A DNA stretch of 64,000 nucleotides from Candidatus Bruticola sp. (GCA_051874735.1 JBJEGD010000035.1:1-64000); one strand, 5' to 3'. Counted from the stretch's first letter, positions 9,679-19,882 are shown. Notes: generated by a model from the letters alone, not told the origin. Translations and numbers: made by a program.

Positions 9679-11007
9679 TTAGGCATTGACAGTTTTCCAA
9701 AGCTCAGCGGCACTGGCTCGGCAGCGTTTCATCAGCTCTGCTTCATCGGTTACCAATATTTTGCGATCGTCCATTAATACTTTACCGTTGCAGATAGTGT
9801 GAGTAACAGAGCGACCATTCATACCGAAAAGAATGTGGCCGTTACAGTTGCTGCTGTTCATAGGAGTGAGAGGATCGTAATCGGTTACTATCACGTCGGC
9901 ATAGGCACCTTCTTTAAGCACTCCTAAAGGTTTGCGGAAGAATCTGGAAGCAATTTTGGCATTATTCTCAAATAGCATAGTGGGAATCTCTGTCCAGGCT
10001 ACGGTAGGATCGCCCAAATGATGTTTGTGAATAATATTACCTACTTTATAACTTTCTAGCATATCGTTAGTGTAACCGTCGGTGCCCAATCCTAAAGTAA
10101 TACCTTCCTTAAACAGGCGTATGACAGGGCCGCAGCCTACGGCATTACCCATGTTCGATTCTGGATTGTGAACGACCATAGTATTTGTCTCTTTGAGCAG
10201 TTGCATTTCCGCCGGGCTGACGTGCACGCAATGGATAGCTAACGTGTTTTCTCCCAAAATATTTTGTTCGAAAAGGCGTTCTACAATACGCTTGCCGTAT
10301 TTGTGCAGGGAATCGCTGACATCTGAAGGACCTTCAGCCACATGAATGTGATAACCAGCTTCACGTCCCTTGTGATCGGCGCATAGGGCTAAAGTTTTAT
10401 CGCTTAAAGTGAAAGCAGCGTGCAAGCCCATCATGGCGTGAATCATATCGGAATCGTCTTGAGCTGCTTCGTTGATCATGCGCTCATTTTCAAAAACGGC
10501 CTCTTCCATTTTCTGTTGGCCGTCGCGGTCGGAAACTTCGTAGCAAACGCAAGCGCGTACGCCCAGTTCTTTGGCCGGTTTGACAATTTGATCGAGACTG
10601 TAAGGAATATCCCCATAGCTGGCGTGATGATCGAATATGGTAGTGACGCCGTTCTTGATGCAGTCAGCAAAGACAGCATAGGCCGAAAGCAGATCATTCT
10701 CTAAAGTAAGCTTGCGGTCAATTCTCCACCACATACCTTCTAATATATCGTTGAAATTTTTAGGATTGTAATTGCTGAGAGAGAGGCCTCGGGCAAAGGC
10801 ACTATAAATATGATTGTGGGTATTGATGAGACCGGGCATAATAACTCCGCCCTTAGCATCAATAAATTGGGCTTCACTGTATTTTACTTTGAGAGCAGCG
10901 AAGTCGCCCACTTCTTTTATTAAATTCCCTTCAATGGCGACAGCGCCATTTTCAAAAAAATTGCCGTTATCACGAGTAATCAGTCTGCCGTTACCAACTA
11001 AAATCAT
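9679..11007 (-). CDS. ssnA: Putative aminohydrolase SsnA (amidohydrolase superfamily)
   Basis: PGLINTHNHIYSAFARG, GVTTIFDHHAS, HIHVAEG, HNPESNMGNAVG, GLGTDG; start set at ATG 11007 after a GAGAGGA RBS; adjacent to ygfK. Confidence 0.92.
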   Translation of the reverse strand: MILVGNGRLITRDNGNFFENGAVAIEGNLIKEVGDFAALKVKYSEAQFIDAKGGVIMPGLINTHNHIYSAFARGLSLSNYNPKNFNDILEGMWWRIDRKLTLENDLLSAYAVFADCIKNGVTTIFDHHASYGDIPYSLDQIVKPAKELGVRACVCYEVSDRDGQQKMEEAVFENERMINEAAQDDSDMIHAMMGLHAAFTLSDKTLALCADHKGREAGYHIHVAEGPSDVSDSLHKYGKRIVERLFEQNILGENTLAIHCVHVSPAEMQLLKETNTMVVHNPESNMGNAVGCGPVIRLFKEGITLGLGTDGYTNDMLESYKVGNIIHKHHLGDPTVAWTEIPTMLFENNAKIASRFFRKPLGVLKEGAYADVIVTDYDPLTPMNSSNCNGHILFGMNGRSVTHTICNGKVLMDDRKILVTDEAELMKRCRASAAELWKTVNA

Positions 11008-11350
11008 ACTATATCCTCTCTGTTTACTGCCTGTATGAAGATTGAACAATTCGCATATCTTCTCATATACTGCATCTTTATCCTGTTTTTTAAGGCATTA
11101 TAGAACAGGAAGGAATGTATGGAGGTTTTGCTGTTGGGGTGTGACCTATTTTTTTTAACTTTATATTGTAGTAAAATATAAATTGGTCAGGTGCTATTCA
11201 ATATTTTTATATTGGAACTGTCGAGTCGCTAAACCAGAATGGCGTTGTAATAGCGGCAGTTTGTGCGTTCTGAAACAGCTCTGCGGAGAATATAACTGTA
11301 TTTTGGGGAATATTTTCGTTTAGTTCTTTTTAATTAGCGGAGATTTGGCT

Positions 11351-12568
11351 ATGGAACAGGGTGGAACTTACAACTTCGATGATGGCTGGAGCAAGCCCCG
11401 TTTAACAGACGGCGCTTGTAAGTCTTCTTCCGCTAGCAGTTCTGTGTCTAAAGATCATAACGGCACTAGTCAAATTACTCATCCCAAAGTTAGTGGCTTG
11501 CGGGCTAAAATTAATGCTCGTCTTGAGGCAGAGCGCAGTAAAGGAAATCTTCAGGGAGAAAAGTCCGACGGAAATTTTTCTTCGCCAGAAAACTTTATTA
11601 AGCAGAGTGAATTTAACAGCAACAGATTGTTCGGTATAACTCTTTTGGCCCCTGGGCTGAATGAAGAGGACTCTGACGGCATATCCGCTCTCGATAAAGC
11701 CATGTCAGTCTGTTTTGAGGTGGGTGACGGACTGAGTGCGGATGCGAAAGAAACTGAAGTCGGTAAAGACTCTTGGGAGGAAGCTGCAGTTCATCCGTTG
11801 ACTGATTATGCAGAAAGTGAATTGGCAGTTTCAGACGATGGCGGCTCAATTCTGCCGCCGGAACCTTATTCAGTTGAAGCTAAAACTAGTTTAGTTGAGG
11901 TGAAACGGGGTAATCTTTCTGATAAAGAGGAAATAGATACTAACTTTAGTTTAGCAGAATCGGCAGCTGCTGAGCCTAAAAATGCTCAAGTCTTGCAGCC
12001 GTATATACCAGGACGTCACTTCGCTTCGGAAAGGAGTGAAAGCGAACAGGATAGGCCGGAACTTCAGGCTTTGCCTGCTTCTTCTGTAGCGAAATCTGCC
12101 CGCCAAACAGAATTAAGGACGCGCTCTCCTCTTTCAGAACTTAAGCCTTATATACCTGGTTCTGGATACAGGCGCGCAGCTGCTGAATCGGCTGTTTCTA
12201 AGAGCTCTTTAGGTACGGTCAAGACTCCTAGTAGGCTTGAGGCGCCCGATCGGGGAACTGGCACTATCTCTGTATATACTGAGCCGGTCAGTGCTCCCGA
12301 TTTAGTCGCTTCTGCTTCTAAAAACAGTGTGCTGCCTTTGCCTGTGGTTAAAGGCCGGAAGGTTTTAAAGAAAGATGAAACAGAATCTCAAGTTGAATTG
12401 AATGCGGAAAATAGTTCTGAAACCGAAACAGAACATCTGGCCAGTTTATCTGAACAACTTGACGAGTTCTGTAGTGAAAATTCTTCAGGTAGTGAAGGAC
12501 GTTCTCTGCTGCAGAGGCTTAAAGAGGTTCGTCCTGCTAAACGTAAACCGCCGGTAATGCGCCTTTAG
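11351..12568 (+). CDS. Hypothetical S/E-rich, largely disordered protein
   Basis: Long ORF of low-complexity composition; repeated L(Q/K)PYIPG motif; start at TTG 11345 or ATG 11351. Confidence 0.7.
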   Translation: MEQGGTYNFDDGWSKPRLTDGACKSSSASSSVSKDHNGTSQITHPKVSGLRAKINARLEAERSKGNLQGEKSDGNFSSPENFIKQSEFNSNRLFGITLLAPGLNEEDSDGISALDKAMSVCFEVGDGLSADAKETEVGKDSWEEAAVHPLTDYAESELAVSDDGGSILPPEPYSVEAKTSLVEVKRGNLSDKEEIDTNFSLAESAAAEPKNAQVLQPYIPGRHFASERSESEQDRPELQALPASSVAKSARQTELRTRSPLSELKPYIPGSGYRRAAAESAVSKSSLGTVKTPSRLEAPDRGTGTISVYTEPVSAPDLVASASKNSVLPLPVVKGRKVLKKDETESQVELNAENSSETETEHLASLSEQLDEFCSENSSGSEGRSLLQRLKEVRPAKRKPPVMRL

Positions 12569-12694
12569 CGTCGCCTATTAGTGTGTCCTAAAGGCATATA
12601 GTTAGTTACTATTGAATACGAGTTAAAATTGTAAGCATATATCCACGAAATAAAGCATTCAGATCAATATTTTAGAATTGATGGCGAGGGAGTT

Positions 12695-14272
12695 TTGAAC
12701 AGCTCAAATTATGGAAATAATCAAAATGGAGGTTCCGGTTCTGCTGATGGAGGCAGCCGCTTGGGGTTGAAATTTGACAATGCTCTGAACGGCGATCATT
12801 TAGATCCTGCCACTGTTGTTCACCGTCGCCCCAGCGCTTTGGCTATGCGTCGCGGTACGAATTTAAGTCCCTACAGAGGCGCTAAAAACTCTTCTACCCC
12901 AAAAGCCTCCGCACCAAAACGATACGATACCCCTCCTAGTTTAAATGCTCAAGGCTACGGAGACGGAACTGGGGTGAACCGCAGCCCTTTTAATAGTGTA
13001 CCTCCCAATTACAATACTGGGGTAAACAATAGCAACGTTCCGCGTCAAGGTGGTTACGGAGGCGATTTCCAGAGACAAGTAGCCAGTTTCGGCAATACAA
13101 ATTTAGGAAACGCTTCCTTTCAGGGGCAAGGAGCTTACAACGATTATGGCAGAGGCGGATATCAGGGAACTCCTGCTTTCGGTAGTACCAATTTAAGAAA
13201 CGGAGCTATGCCTGGTCAGAATCCTTATCCTCAGGGGGCGCCGGGCGGTAATTTCGGCTATCCAGGCGGTTTCGGAGCACAAACTAATGTATTTGGTAGC
13301 CAAACTGGAGGGATAGGGGCGCAGAATAACAGTTTTAGTCAGACTGGCAGCCTCCCTGGACAGAGTAACTCTTTTGGCCAAACTGGTGGTTTGGGAGCAC
13401 GAACTAATGTGTTCGGCAGTCAGGCCGGCGGACTGGGAGCGCAGGCTAATAGTTTTAATTCGGATAATACCGCTCAAAACGTTAGTTCTTCCACCTTTTC
13501 TGGTTATGCTACCAACTTAGACCTAGCTAGTCGCAACGAAGGAAGTTTAAGCGACGTCATCTCTGCTTCCCGCCGCAACTTTATCCAGTCTAACCAGAAT
13601 AATTTGTTAAATGGAGGGGGCGCTTCTTATTCTGAATCGGATGGTAATTCTGAGGGGACTTCTGCTCATTTAAGTCCAGCGGAAACTTACGCCAAGCTTG
13701 TGGAAGAGAGCCAGCAGGAGCGGGGCTATGGTCATGGATTTATCAGCTGGTTTAAAGGAGGGGGCAAGTATACAATTTTAAGCGGCATTATCGTGGTGGC
13801 TGCTATATCTTTGTTTCTCTTGTTTATCGCCGATCGCATAAATTTGCGTTCAGGTGATGATTTGGGCGGAAATGAGCCTCCTGTGCAAACACCTGTATCG
13901 ACTGAATCAAAAATTAAGGAACCTTCTGCAGAAAGTGGCGCCGCTGCTCCTGAGGTCAAACGGCGCAATGATAGGAAAGAGACTGCAAGTAAGGGTGGCC
14001 TGCGTTCGGAAATGTTAAAGTCAGAATCGTCGGCTAAAAAGTCGTCGGTTAAAAATAAAGGCAAAGCAGCTTCTACTAGTAAGAGCACATCTAAGTCTCA
14101 AAATAAGGCTGTAACCAAAACTGCTCCTACCCCAAAAGAGGCTTCTCCTAAGGTGGCTCCTCCCGATAATGAAGGCTATATAGATGACGACATCACCTAT
14201 TACGGTGAAGAGGGAGACGATTCCGGGTTCAAAATGGACGATAACGATTTCGCTCCTTCTATGGAGATTTGA
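12695..14272 (+). CDS. Single-pass membrane protein with G/Q/N/F-rich low-complexity N-terminus
   Basis: GAGGGGAG RBS before TTG; one hydrophobic segment (ILSGIIVVAAISLFLLFIA); K/S-rich then acidic C-terminus. Confidence 0.75.
   Translation: MNSSNYGNNQNGGSGSADGGSRLGLKFDNALNGDHLDPATVVHRRPSALAMRRGTNLSPYRGAKNSSTPKASAPKRYDTPPSLNAQGYGDGTGVNRSPFNSVPPNYNTGVNNSNVPRQGGYGGDFQRQVASFGNTNLGNASFQGQGAYNDYGRGGYQGTPAFGSTNLRNGAMPGQNPYPQGAPGGNFGYPGGFGAQTNVFGSQTGGIGAQNNSFSQTGSLPGQSNSFGQTGGLGARTNVFGSQAGGLGAQANSFNSDNTAQNVSSSTFSGYATNLDLASRNEGSLSDVISASRRNFIQSNQNNLLNGGGASYSESDGNSEGTSAHLSPAETYAKLVEESQQERGYGHGFISWFKGGGKYTILSGIIVVAAISLFLLFIADRINLRSGDDLGGNEPPVQTPVSTESKIKEPSAESGAAAPEVKRRNDRKETASKGGLRSEMLKSESSAKKSSVKNKGKAASTSKSTSKSQNKAVTKTAPTPKEASPKVAPPDNEGYIDDDITYYGEEGDDSGFKMDDNDFAPSMEI
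13265..13456 (+). repeat. Five imperfect 13-14 codon tandem repeats (GGxGAQxNxF(G)SQT)
   Basis: GGFGAQTNVFGSQT / GGIGAQNNSFSQT / GSLPGQSNSFGQT / GGLGARTNVFGSQA / GGLGAQANSF. Confidence 0.85.
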
Positions 14273-14289
14273 CCTCATTTCTTGAACTG

Positions 14290-14329
14290 AAAAAGCCGGG
14301 GAACTATTTTGTGCCTACGGCTTTTTTTT
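14290..14329 (+). terminator. Intrinsic terminator
   Basis: aaaaagccg...cggctttttttt just after the stop at 14272. Confidence 0.65.
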
Positions 14330-14465
14330 ATGCTAATCTGAATAAAAGTCGGATCTTATAAGGAGGTAAAAAAGTCGGGCATTCGAAAAGAAGAAGTTGC
14401 CTTTTCGCTTTTTGGGAGTTTGCACCCGAGTAGAAGCTAGTTTGTTGTGCGAGGTTTTTTGTATA

Positions 14466-15455
14466 ATGGTCGCTGCTCAGAATAAATTTGAGACGACTGG
14501 CAGTGTTTTGGTAGCCGGTTCTTTGGCTTTTGACTTTATTATGCGCTATTCCGGACTGTTTAAAGATCATATTCTGCCAGATCGTTTAGATGCCATCAAT
14601 TTATCGTTCTTGACTGAGCGAGCTCGTAAAGAACGCGGCGGCTGCGCTGGCAACATCGCTAACGCCTTAGCTATGCTTGGTGAGCATCCCCGCATTGTAG
14701 CTTCTGCCGGAAACGACTTTGAACAGTATCGCTATTATCTGGAAAATAGGGGAGTTGATACCTCTTGTATAGCCGTTTACGATAACGAATTGACAGCTAC
14801 ATGTACTGTCTGCGCCGACAAGTGTGATAACCAGTTGACTTTTGTCAGTGTGGGAGCTATGTCTCAAGCCCGCAATCTCAATTTGAGCAAGTTCGCTACT
14901 CCTGTCACCAAGTTGGCGATTATATCACCTGACGATCCTCAGGCCATGAATCAGCATTGTGAAGAAGCCAGACAAGCTGGTATACCTTTCGTCTACGATC
15001 CGTCTTTCCAGGTAATCGCTTTTTCTGGAGAGCAGCTGCTTACTGATGTAAAAGGAGCCAAAGCTTTAATTGTCAACGATTACGAGTTTTCGCTCTTTTT
15101 GAGTAAAACTGGATTAACTCAAGCCCAATTAAATAAATTTGTAGAAGTAATTGTGGTTACCAAAGGCGGAGATGGCAGCATCGTTTATACTGATAAAGGT
15201 GAAGTTATACATATCGCCCCTGTAAAAGTGGAAGCTGTTGATCCTACCGGAGCGGGTGATGCTTTTCGCGGTGGTTTAATTTATGGTCTGATTAATGGAC
15301 AGTCTTGGCGAGTTTCAGCCCAGTTAGGCAGTGTTTGTGGCGCCTATGCAGTTGAACATACTGGCACCCAAAATTATAACTTTACTATGGAAGAATTTAA
15401 AAACCGGTATGAATCAACTTTTAATGAGCCTTTGCCTTGCTTAAAAGCTGAATAG
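14466..15455 (+). CDS. PfkB-family carbohydrate/nucleoside kinase (adenosine-kinase-like)
   Basis: GSLAFD, GGCAGNIA, DPS, VNDYE, VTKG, DPTGAGDAFRGG; ATG 14466 is more plausible than TTG 14397. Confidence 0.9.
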   Translation: MVAAQNKFETTGSVLVAGSLAFDFIMRYSGLFKDHILPDRLDAINLSFLTERARKERGGCAGNIANALAMLGEHPRIVASAGNDFEQYRYYLENRGVDTSCIAVYDNELTATCTVCADKCDNQLTFVSVGAMSQARNLNLSKFATPVTKLAIISPDDPQAMNQHCEEARQAGIPFVYDPSFQVIAFSGEQLLTDVKGAKALIVNDYEFSLFLSKTGLTQAQLNKFVEVIVVTKGGDGSIVYTDKGEVIHIAPVKVEAVDPTGAGDAFRGGLIYGLINGQSWRVSAQLGSVCGAYAVEHTGTQNYNFTMEEFKNRYESTFNEPLPCLKAE

Positions 15456-15491
15456 GTTATTTAACTTAATTCTCTTAGGTTTACATAATAA

Positions 15492-15533
15492 AATAAGCTC
15501 AGCTCCGTAGCCGGAACTGAGCTTATTATTTTT
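15492..15533. terminator. Bidirectional terminator
   Basis: aataagctcagctccg-tagc-cggaactgagcttatt between convergent genes, with A/T tracts on both sides. Confidence 0.8.
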
Positions 15534-15539
15534 CGTTTA

Positions 15540-17114
15540 TTACGGGCAAACGGTTACACCCCAAGGAGTAGATTGAGGCATAGGAGAGCTAGTGTTAAGT
15601 ACGCCTCCAGTGCGTCCGTCAAGAATGCTGACAGTACTGCTGCCTGTGCAGGTAATAAACACTTTGCTTCCATCGGAAGCACAAGCTATGCCTACAGGTC
15701 CTTTGCCGACAGGTACTGTAGCTATAGGTGATTGATTTTGGCCGTTGAGAATTGTAACGTTGTCAGAGCCTTTGTTAGTAACGAATACTTTAGATCCGTC
15801 AGGAGTTATAGCTACACGCTGAGGGCTTACGCCTACTCGTACTCGCCCCATTTCTTGAAAAGTCCAAGCGTCGACTACGGAAAGATCTCCTGAACCGGAG
15901 TTAGCTATATAGAGGAAGCGACCGTCAGGTGAAAGTTCCATGCCGCAGGGATTAGCACCCACAGGAATGGCTTTTTCAGGAATACCTGTCGATAAGTCGA
16001 TAGATAAAAGTTCGCCTGAAGAGGTTGTGCCCATGGCTACGAACAGGCGAGTTCCTTCACGGTTGATAACGGCGGCTCTAGGTTGGCCAGCTTCTCCAGT
16101 TCGCATGCGGGGGAGCACAATAGAGCGTTGAGGGGCGTTACTGGTTGGATCAATAAGCATAACATTAGGAGAAGCGCTCATAATAGTAGCTATAATATGG
16201 TTGCCGTTCTGAGCCATGCGCAGATCTGTAACAATGCCGCCGGCAGCAATAGAAGTGAGTAAAGCATTTTCATTGGGAATATCGTACACTTGGATCATGC
16301 GGTCAGAAGTGCTGATATAAAGTCGAGTGCCTGAAGCGTTGAAAGCTGCCCAGAAGGGCTGGCAGCTGAGCTCTTTAAAGGAAGGATTGCCGGGAGAGTC
16401 GCCATTCAATATCATCAAGGAGTTAGGACTAGAATTTATTGTGGAACCTTGATTGAAACTCATGGCACTTTGAGTGCTAGTAAATGGCATCGTCGGCATT
16501 TGGGCATTCTGAGCAGTGGTGTTGGCTGCTCCAAAAGGATTGCCTTGGCCTAAGAGCATCATTTGTGCATAAGATTGGGTCGTGGTCATAGGAGCGTTAT
16601 AAGAAGTGCTGCTTCCAGCCGGAGCTCCTTGGCCGGCTTTCATTGCTAAGCATACATAAGCTGTGCCAGGATTGACAGGAGTACGCATACCTTGTACTCC
16701 GTTAGCCATAGTACTGCCCGGGGTCATGCCTGGATTGAGGACTATCGTAACCATGGCTTTTTCAACTTCGCCTTTAGGGACAGTCACACTTTTAGTAACA
16801 GAGCCCACTCCGGCTTTTTGTACTAACAGTGTATATTTGCCTGGTTTAGTAGTAAAGTAAAAAAGGCCATGAGAATCGGTAACTGATTTTTGCTTAGTTT
16901 CTTGGATGGTAACTTCGCAGCCATCTAAGGGATCGTAGGGTAGCTCAATAGAACTGCTGACGGCTCGGGAGGTAACTACGGTTCCATATAAGTTAGGTTC
17001 GCGCGGCTTTTTGTCTTTAGCCGTGACTGGAGAGGCATATAATCCTATCATAATCACGGCAGTGAAGAACAGCCAAAAAGACATAACTTTTTTATAATTG
17101 ATGCACATTTTCAC
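15540..17114 (-). CDS. Secreted protein: carboxypeptidase-regulatory-like domain plus YVTN/YncE beta-propeller
   Basis: Signal peptide; TDSHGLFYF...PGKYTL; repeats VGANPCGMELSPDGRFLYIANSGSGDLSVVD and VGVSPQRVAITPDGSKVFVTN. Confidence 0.85.
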   Translation of the reverse strand: MKMCINYKKVMSFWLFFTAVIMIGLYASPVTAKDKKPREPNLYGTVVTSRAVSSSIELPYDPLDGCEVTIQETKQKSVTDSHGLFYFTTKPGKYTLLVQKAGVGSVTKSVTVPKGEVEKAMVTIVLNPGMTPGSTMANGVQGMRTPVNPGTAYVCLAMKAGQGAPAGSSTSYNAPMTTTQSYAQMMLLGQGNPFGAANTTAQNAQMPTMPFTSTQSAMSFNQGSTINSSPNSLMILNGDSPGNPSFKELSCQPFWAAFNASGTRLYISTSDRMIQVYDIPNENALLTSIAAGGIVTDLRMAQNGNHIIATIMSASPNVMLIDPTSNAPQRSIVLPRMRTGEAGQPRAAVINREGTRLFVAMGTTSSGELLSIDLSTGIPEKAIPVGANPCGMELSPDGRFLYIANSGSGDLSVVDAWTFQEMGRVRVGVSPQRVAITPDGSKVFVTNKGSDNVTILNGQNQSPIATVPVGKGPVGIACASDGSKVFITCTGSSTVSILDGRTGGVLNTSSPMPQSTPWGVTVCP

Positions 17115-17262
17115 CTCTAATATATTTTACTTAATTCAGCTTGATTCTAGTATATTAGCCCCTTAAACCGCAACAAAGCCGATTTGTTTTGTTTTATTCT
17201 TTTTTATTTATCTCCCAAACTGCGGCTATTTTCCAGGCTTAAGATAAAATTTTTAACGTACA

Positions 17263-17297
17263 AATAAAAGGGCCCCCGCTTGTATCAAGCGGGGGCC
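17263..17297 (-). terminator. Strong intrinsic terminator of the SLH/porin gene
   Basis: 12-bp stem ggcccccgcttg/caagcgggggcc, followed by CTTTTATT on the minus strand. Confidence 0.85.
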
Positions 17298-17335
17298 TCT
17301 CTTCAACTAGTTAAGCTTTTCTAGTTTCAGAAGAA

Positions 17336-19882
17336 TTAGAACTTAACTTTGAACTGAGTGGTAACCTGCCAACCGTACCAGCTGAAAGGATGGTTGGTGT
17401 AACCATGGCTGGTGTCACCAATGGTCTGGGCGCTGCCGTCTTCGCGGAAGTTGGCGAAGGTGCTGGCGTCAACCTTATCCTTGGTATCGTAGTAACGGAA
17501 GTCCATGTTCCACTGAGTGTTGGCACTTAGGTCACAGTCGAAACCGATGAAAGGAATGGTCTGCTGGACGTCGATGTTCTTGAAATCAATGGAATTGACA
17601 GAAGCGGCGAACTGGTTGTAAGCACCAGTGGGATCCCAGTGACCGTTCATGTTAACCATGTCGCAACCGGCGCGAATGGTCCACTGATCGTTGGCCTCCC
17701 AACCTAAACCAATGTGGAAGTTGTCGTTGTTTAGCTTGACATAGTTCTGGCTTCCGCCCTGGGCTACAGCCAGATCGCTGTCACGCTTGAACTCGTTGCG
17801 GTTGTAACCGAGGTCGAGTTTCAAACGAGGATTGTCCCACTTGTAGCTGGCACCGATGCCATACTGGGTCTGTTTGCCCTTGTGATCCTCGAGAGGATTG
17901 AGGTTGGCGTCGAAGGAGTCGCCACTCTGAGCACCATAAACTTCGGGAGCGGCATAACCATAGAACACGGGATCCATAAAGCCGGGGGCGAAGCCGAGAA
18001 TAGTGTTGGTGGGGGCACCGGCAACACCGGTAGCCTGCTCACGTACGTCGTAAAGGCTGCTGTCCTTCTGGTTCAAGAAGGAGGCTTTGGCCCATACTAA
18101 ACCGTGACGATCATCGAAGCGCCACTGACCATTGAAGCGGATGCCTTCACGGTTGTGAGGATACACTTCAGTGTCATGCAGAGACCACATGTCGTTGTAG
18201 TAGTTGGTATTCATTAAATTGAACACGCTGTAACGACCGTAGTTGTCAATGCCGTTGATGTAGGGGTTCATGTTTACGAAAGGATCGTAATTAGGATCGA
18301 CGGAGACGTAAGCTAAGCTCAGGTCGAGGTCGCCCTCTAAGAGGTTAGCGCCGACTTCTACACGGAAGGCGTTACCATCGGAGGTGTAGTCGGAATCTTT
18401 GTTGGACTTGTACTCGGTGCGAGCATACTCACCAGCAGCGTAAATTTCGTTGCCGGACTCACCGATATCCCACTTGTAGTTGGCGCTGATGCCATAGCCG
18501 AACATGCTCTGAGGACCGAAAGTACCGATGCCTCTGTCAGCCAAGGTGTTCCAAGCAATGGGACGATTGTCAGAAGTGACGCCACCGAACTCGAGACCGC
18601 TACCTACATAATAACCGGAGGGGTTGACCCACTGCAAATTGGTCTGAGGCAAAGCAGCAGAACCGTAAGTTAGGTTGGCATCGTTGATCAAACCGATGGC
18701 TAAGTTAGTTCCATTGGCAGCTTCGTTAGCAGCACGCATGAAGTTGACTTTAACCTGGCCGCCGCCGAACTCGAAAGCGATGTCGCCGCCGATGATATCG
18801 GTGTCGTAGCTGTAAAGTCTACGATCACCGTCGTAAGCACCACCGAAGGTGGAGATACGGGAGCCTAAAAGTTCCCAACGCAGCACGCCAGCTTCGAAAG
18901 CGTGGCTACCGCTTAAGTTGAAGCCGAAGCGATCGAGATAGTCAGGACCGAAAGCGGCGAGGTTCTTCTGACCGGCGAAGAGGATGTTGTCCATGTTATC
19001 TTCGCTGTAAGCACCTAAGGTCAACTTAATGCCGGAAGGATTGTGAATTACCCAGAAGTTGTCCAACACCATGCGGGTGTAGGGGCTGTTGTTCAAGCTG
19101 TTAACGGAGCTGGAACCACCGAACTGGTTGCAGAGGTAAGGAGCGGAGACGCCCCAGAGGGAGTCAACCATGCTGTTACCAGCAGAAGTGTAAGCAGCAA
19201 ACTCTGCGCCGGCGTCAATATCATCGGAAACGCGAATGCGCATACCGAGGATGCCCTTCATGGTGAAGCCAGTGCCGTTGGTCAGGCCTACGCCGTTGCG
19301 GTAGTCAGCCACGGGCAGGACGCCGCCGAACTGAGGCATCAGTTGGGTGCCGTCGGCAGTACCAACGAGGTCATTGTAGCTGAAGCCGCCAACACCACCG
19401 GTGTTGGTGCTCTGGATACCGTCGTTGTCGTTGCTGAAAGACTGAGCGGTTACGCGGGCTTCGAGGGAGCCGTAGAAGGTAATTCTCTCGAGCTCAGAGA
19501 CGCGCAGATCGAGCTTGTCGACCTTGTCTTCCAAAGTGCCAACGCGGGCGCCGAGGGCGTCTAATTCGCTGCGGAGAGCGTCTACCAATTTCTGGAGCTC
19601 AGCGAGTTCAGCCTTGGTAGCGAAAGTAGCATGCTCCTGCTCCATCTGGCCAAGCAGACGGGCAACCATCATGGCAACTTCCCAACGAGTAGCGTTTCTG
19701 TCACCTTTGAAGGTTCCATCGGGATAACCTTCGACAATACCTTTAGCAGCCAAAGTGGCCACGGCATCGCGGGCCCAGTGATTCTCGGGAACATCCGGGA
19801 ACAAAGGAGCGGCGAACGCAGGGGCGGCTAGACCGAGTGTAAATACTGCGGCAGCAACCGTAGTTTTCATGCGTAAATTCAT
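17336..19882 (-). CDS. SLH-domain major outer-membrane protein (OmpM/SlpA-like: SLH + coiled coil + beta-barrel)
   Basis: Signal peptide AFA; FPDVPENHWA...GIVEGYPDGTFKGDRNATRWEVA SLH domain; coiled coil; aromatic beta-strand-rich body; terminal Phe (QFKVKF); strong codon bias; AAGGAG RBS. Confidence 0.9.
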   Translation of the reverse strand: MNLRMKTTVAAAVFTLGLAAPAFAAPLFPDVPENHWARDAVATLAAKGIVEGYPDGTFKGDRNATRWEVAMMVARLLGQMEQEHATFATKAELAELQKLVDALRSELDALGARVGTLEDKVDKLDLRVSELERITFYGSLEARVTAQSFSNDNDGIQSTNTGGVGGFSYNDLVGTADGTQLMPQFGGVLPVADYRNGVGLTNGTGFTMKGILGMRIRVSDDIDAGAEFAAYTSAGNSMVDSLWGVSAPYLCNQFGGSSSVNSLNNSPYTRMVLDNFWVIHNPSGIKLTLGAYSEDNMDNILFAGQKNLAAFGPDYLDRFGFNLSGSHAFEAGVLRWELLGSRISTFGGAYDGDRRLYSYDTDIIGGDIAFEFGGGQVKVNFMRAANEAANGTNLAIGLINDANLTYGSAALPQTNLQWVNPSGYYVGSGLEFGGVTSDNRPIAWNTLADRGIGTFGPQSMFGYGISANYKWDIGESGNEIYAAGEYARTEYKSNKDSDYTSDGNAFRVEVGANLLEGDLDLSLAYVSVDPNYDPFVNMNPYINGIDNYGRYSVFNLMNTNYYNDMWSLHDTEVYPHNREGIRFNGQWRFDDRHGLVWAKASFLNQKDSSLYDVREQATGVAGAPTNTILGFAPGFMDPVFYGYAAPEVYGAQSGDSFDANLNPLEDHKGKQTQYGIGASYKWDNPRLKLDLGYNRNEFKRDSDLAVAQGGSQNYVKLNNDNFHIGLGWEANDQWTIRAGCDMVNMNGHWDPTGAYNQFAASVNSIDFKNIDVQQTIPFIGFDCDLSANTQWNMDFRYYDTKDKVDASTFANFREDGSAQTIGDTSHGYTNHPFSWYGWQVTTQFKVKF

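Noticed and set aside
13265-13456. Possible CRISPR-like or DNA tandem array
   Set aside because: Repeats are conserved at the protein level with synonymous divergence; no identical repeats with unique spacers and no cas genes
17821-19831. Several antisense/alternate-frame ORFs (up to 173 aa) within the SLH-porin gene
   Set aside because: Expected shadows of strong codon bias; no RBS or recognisable motifs
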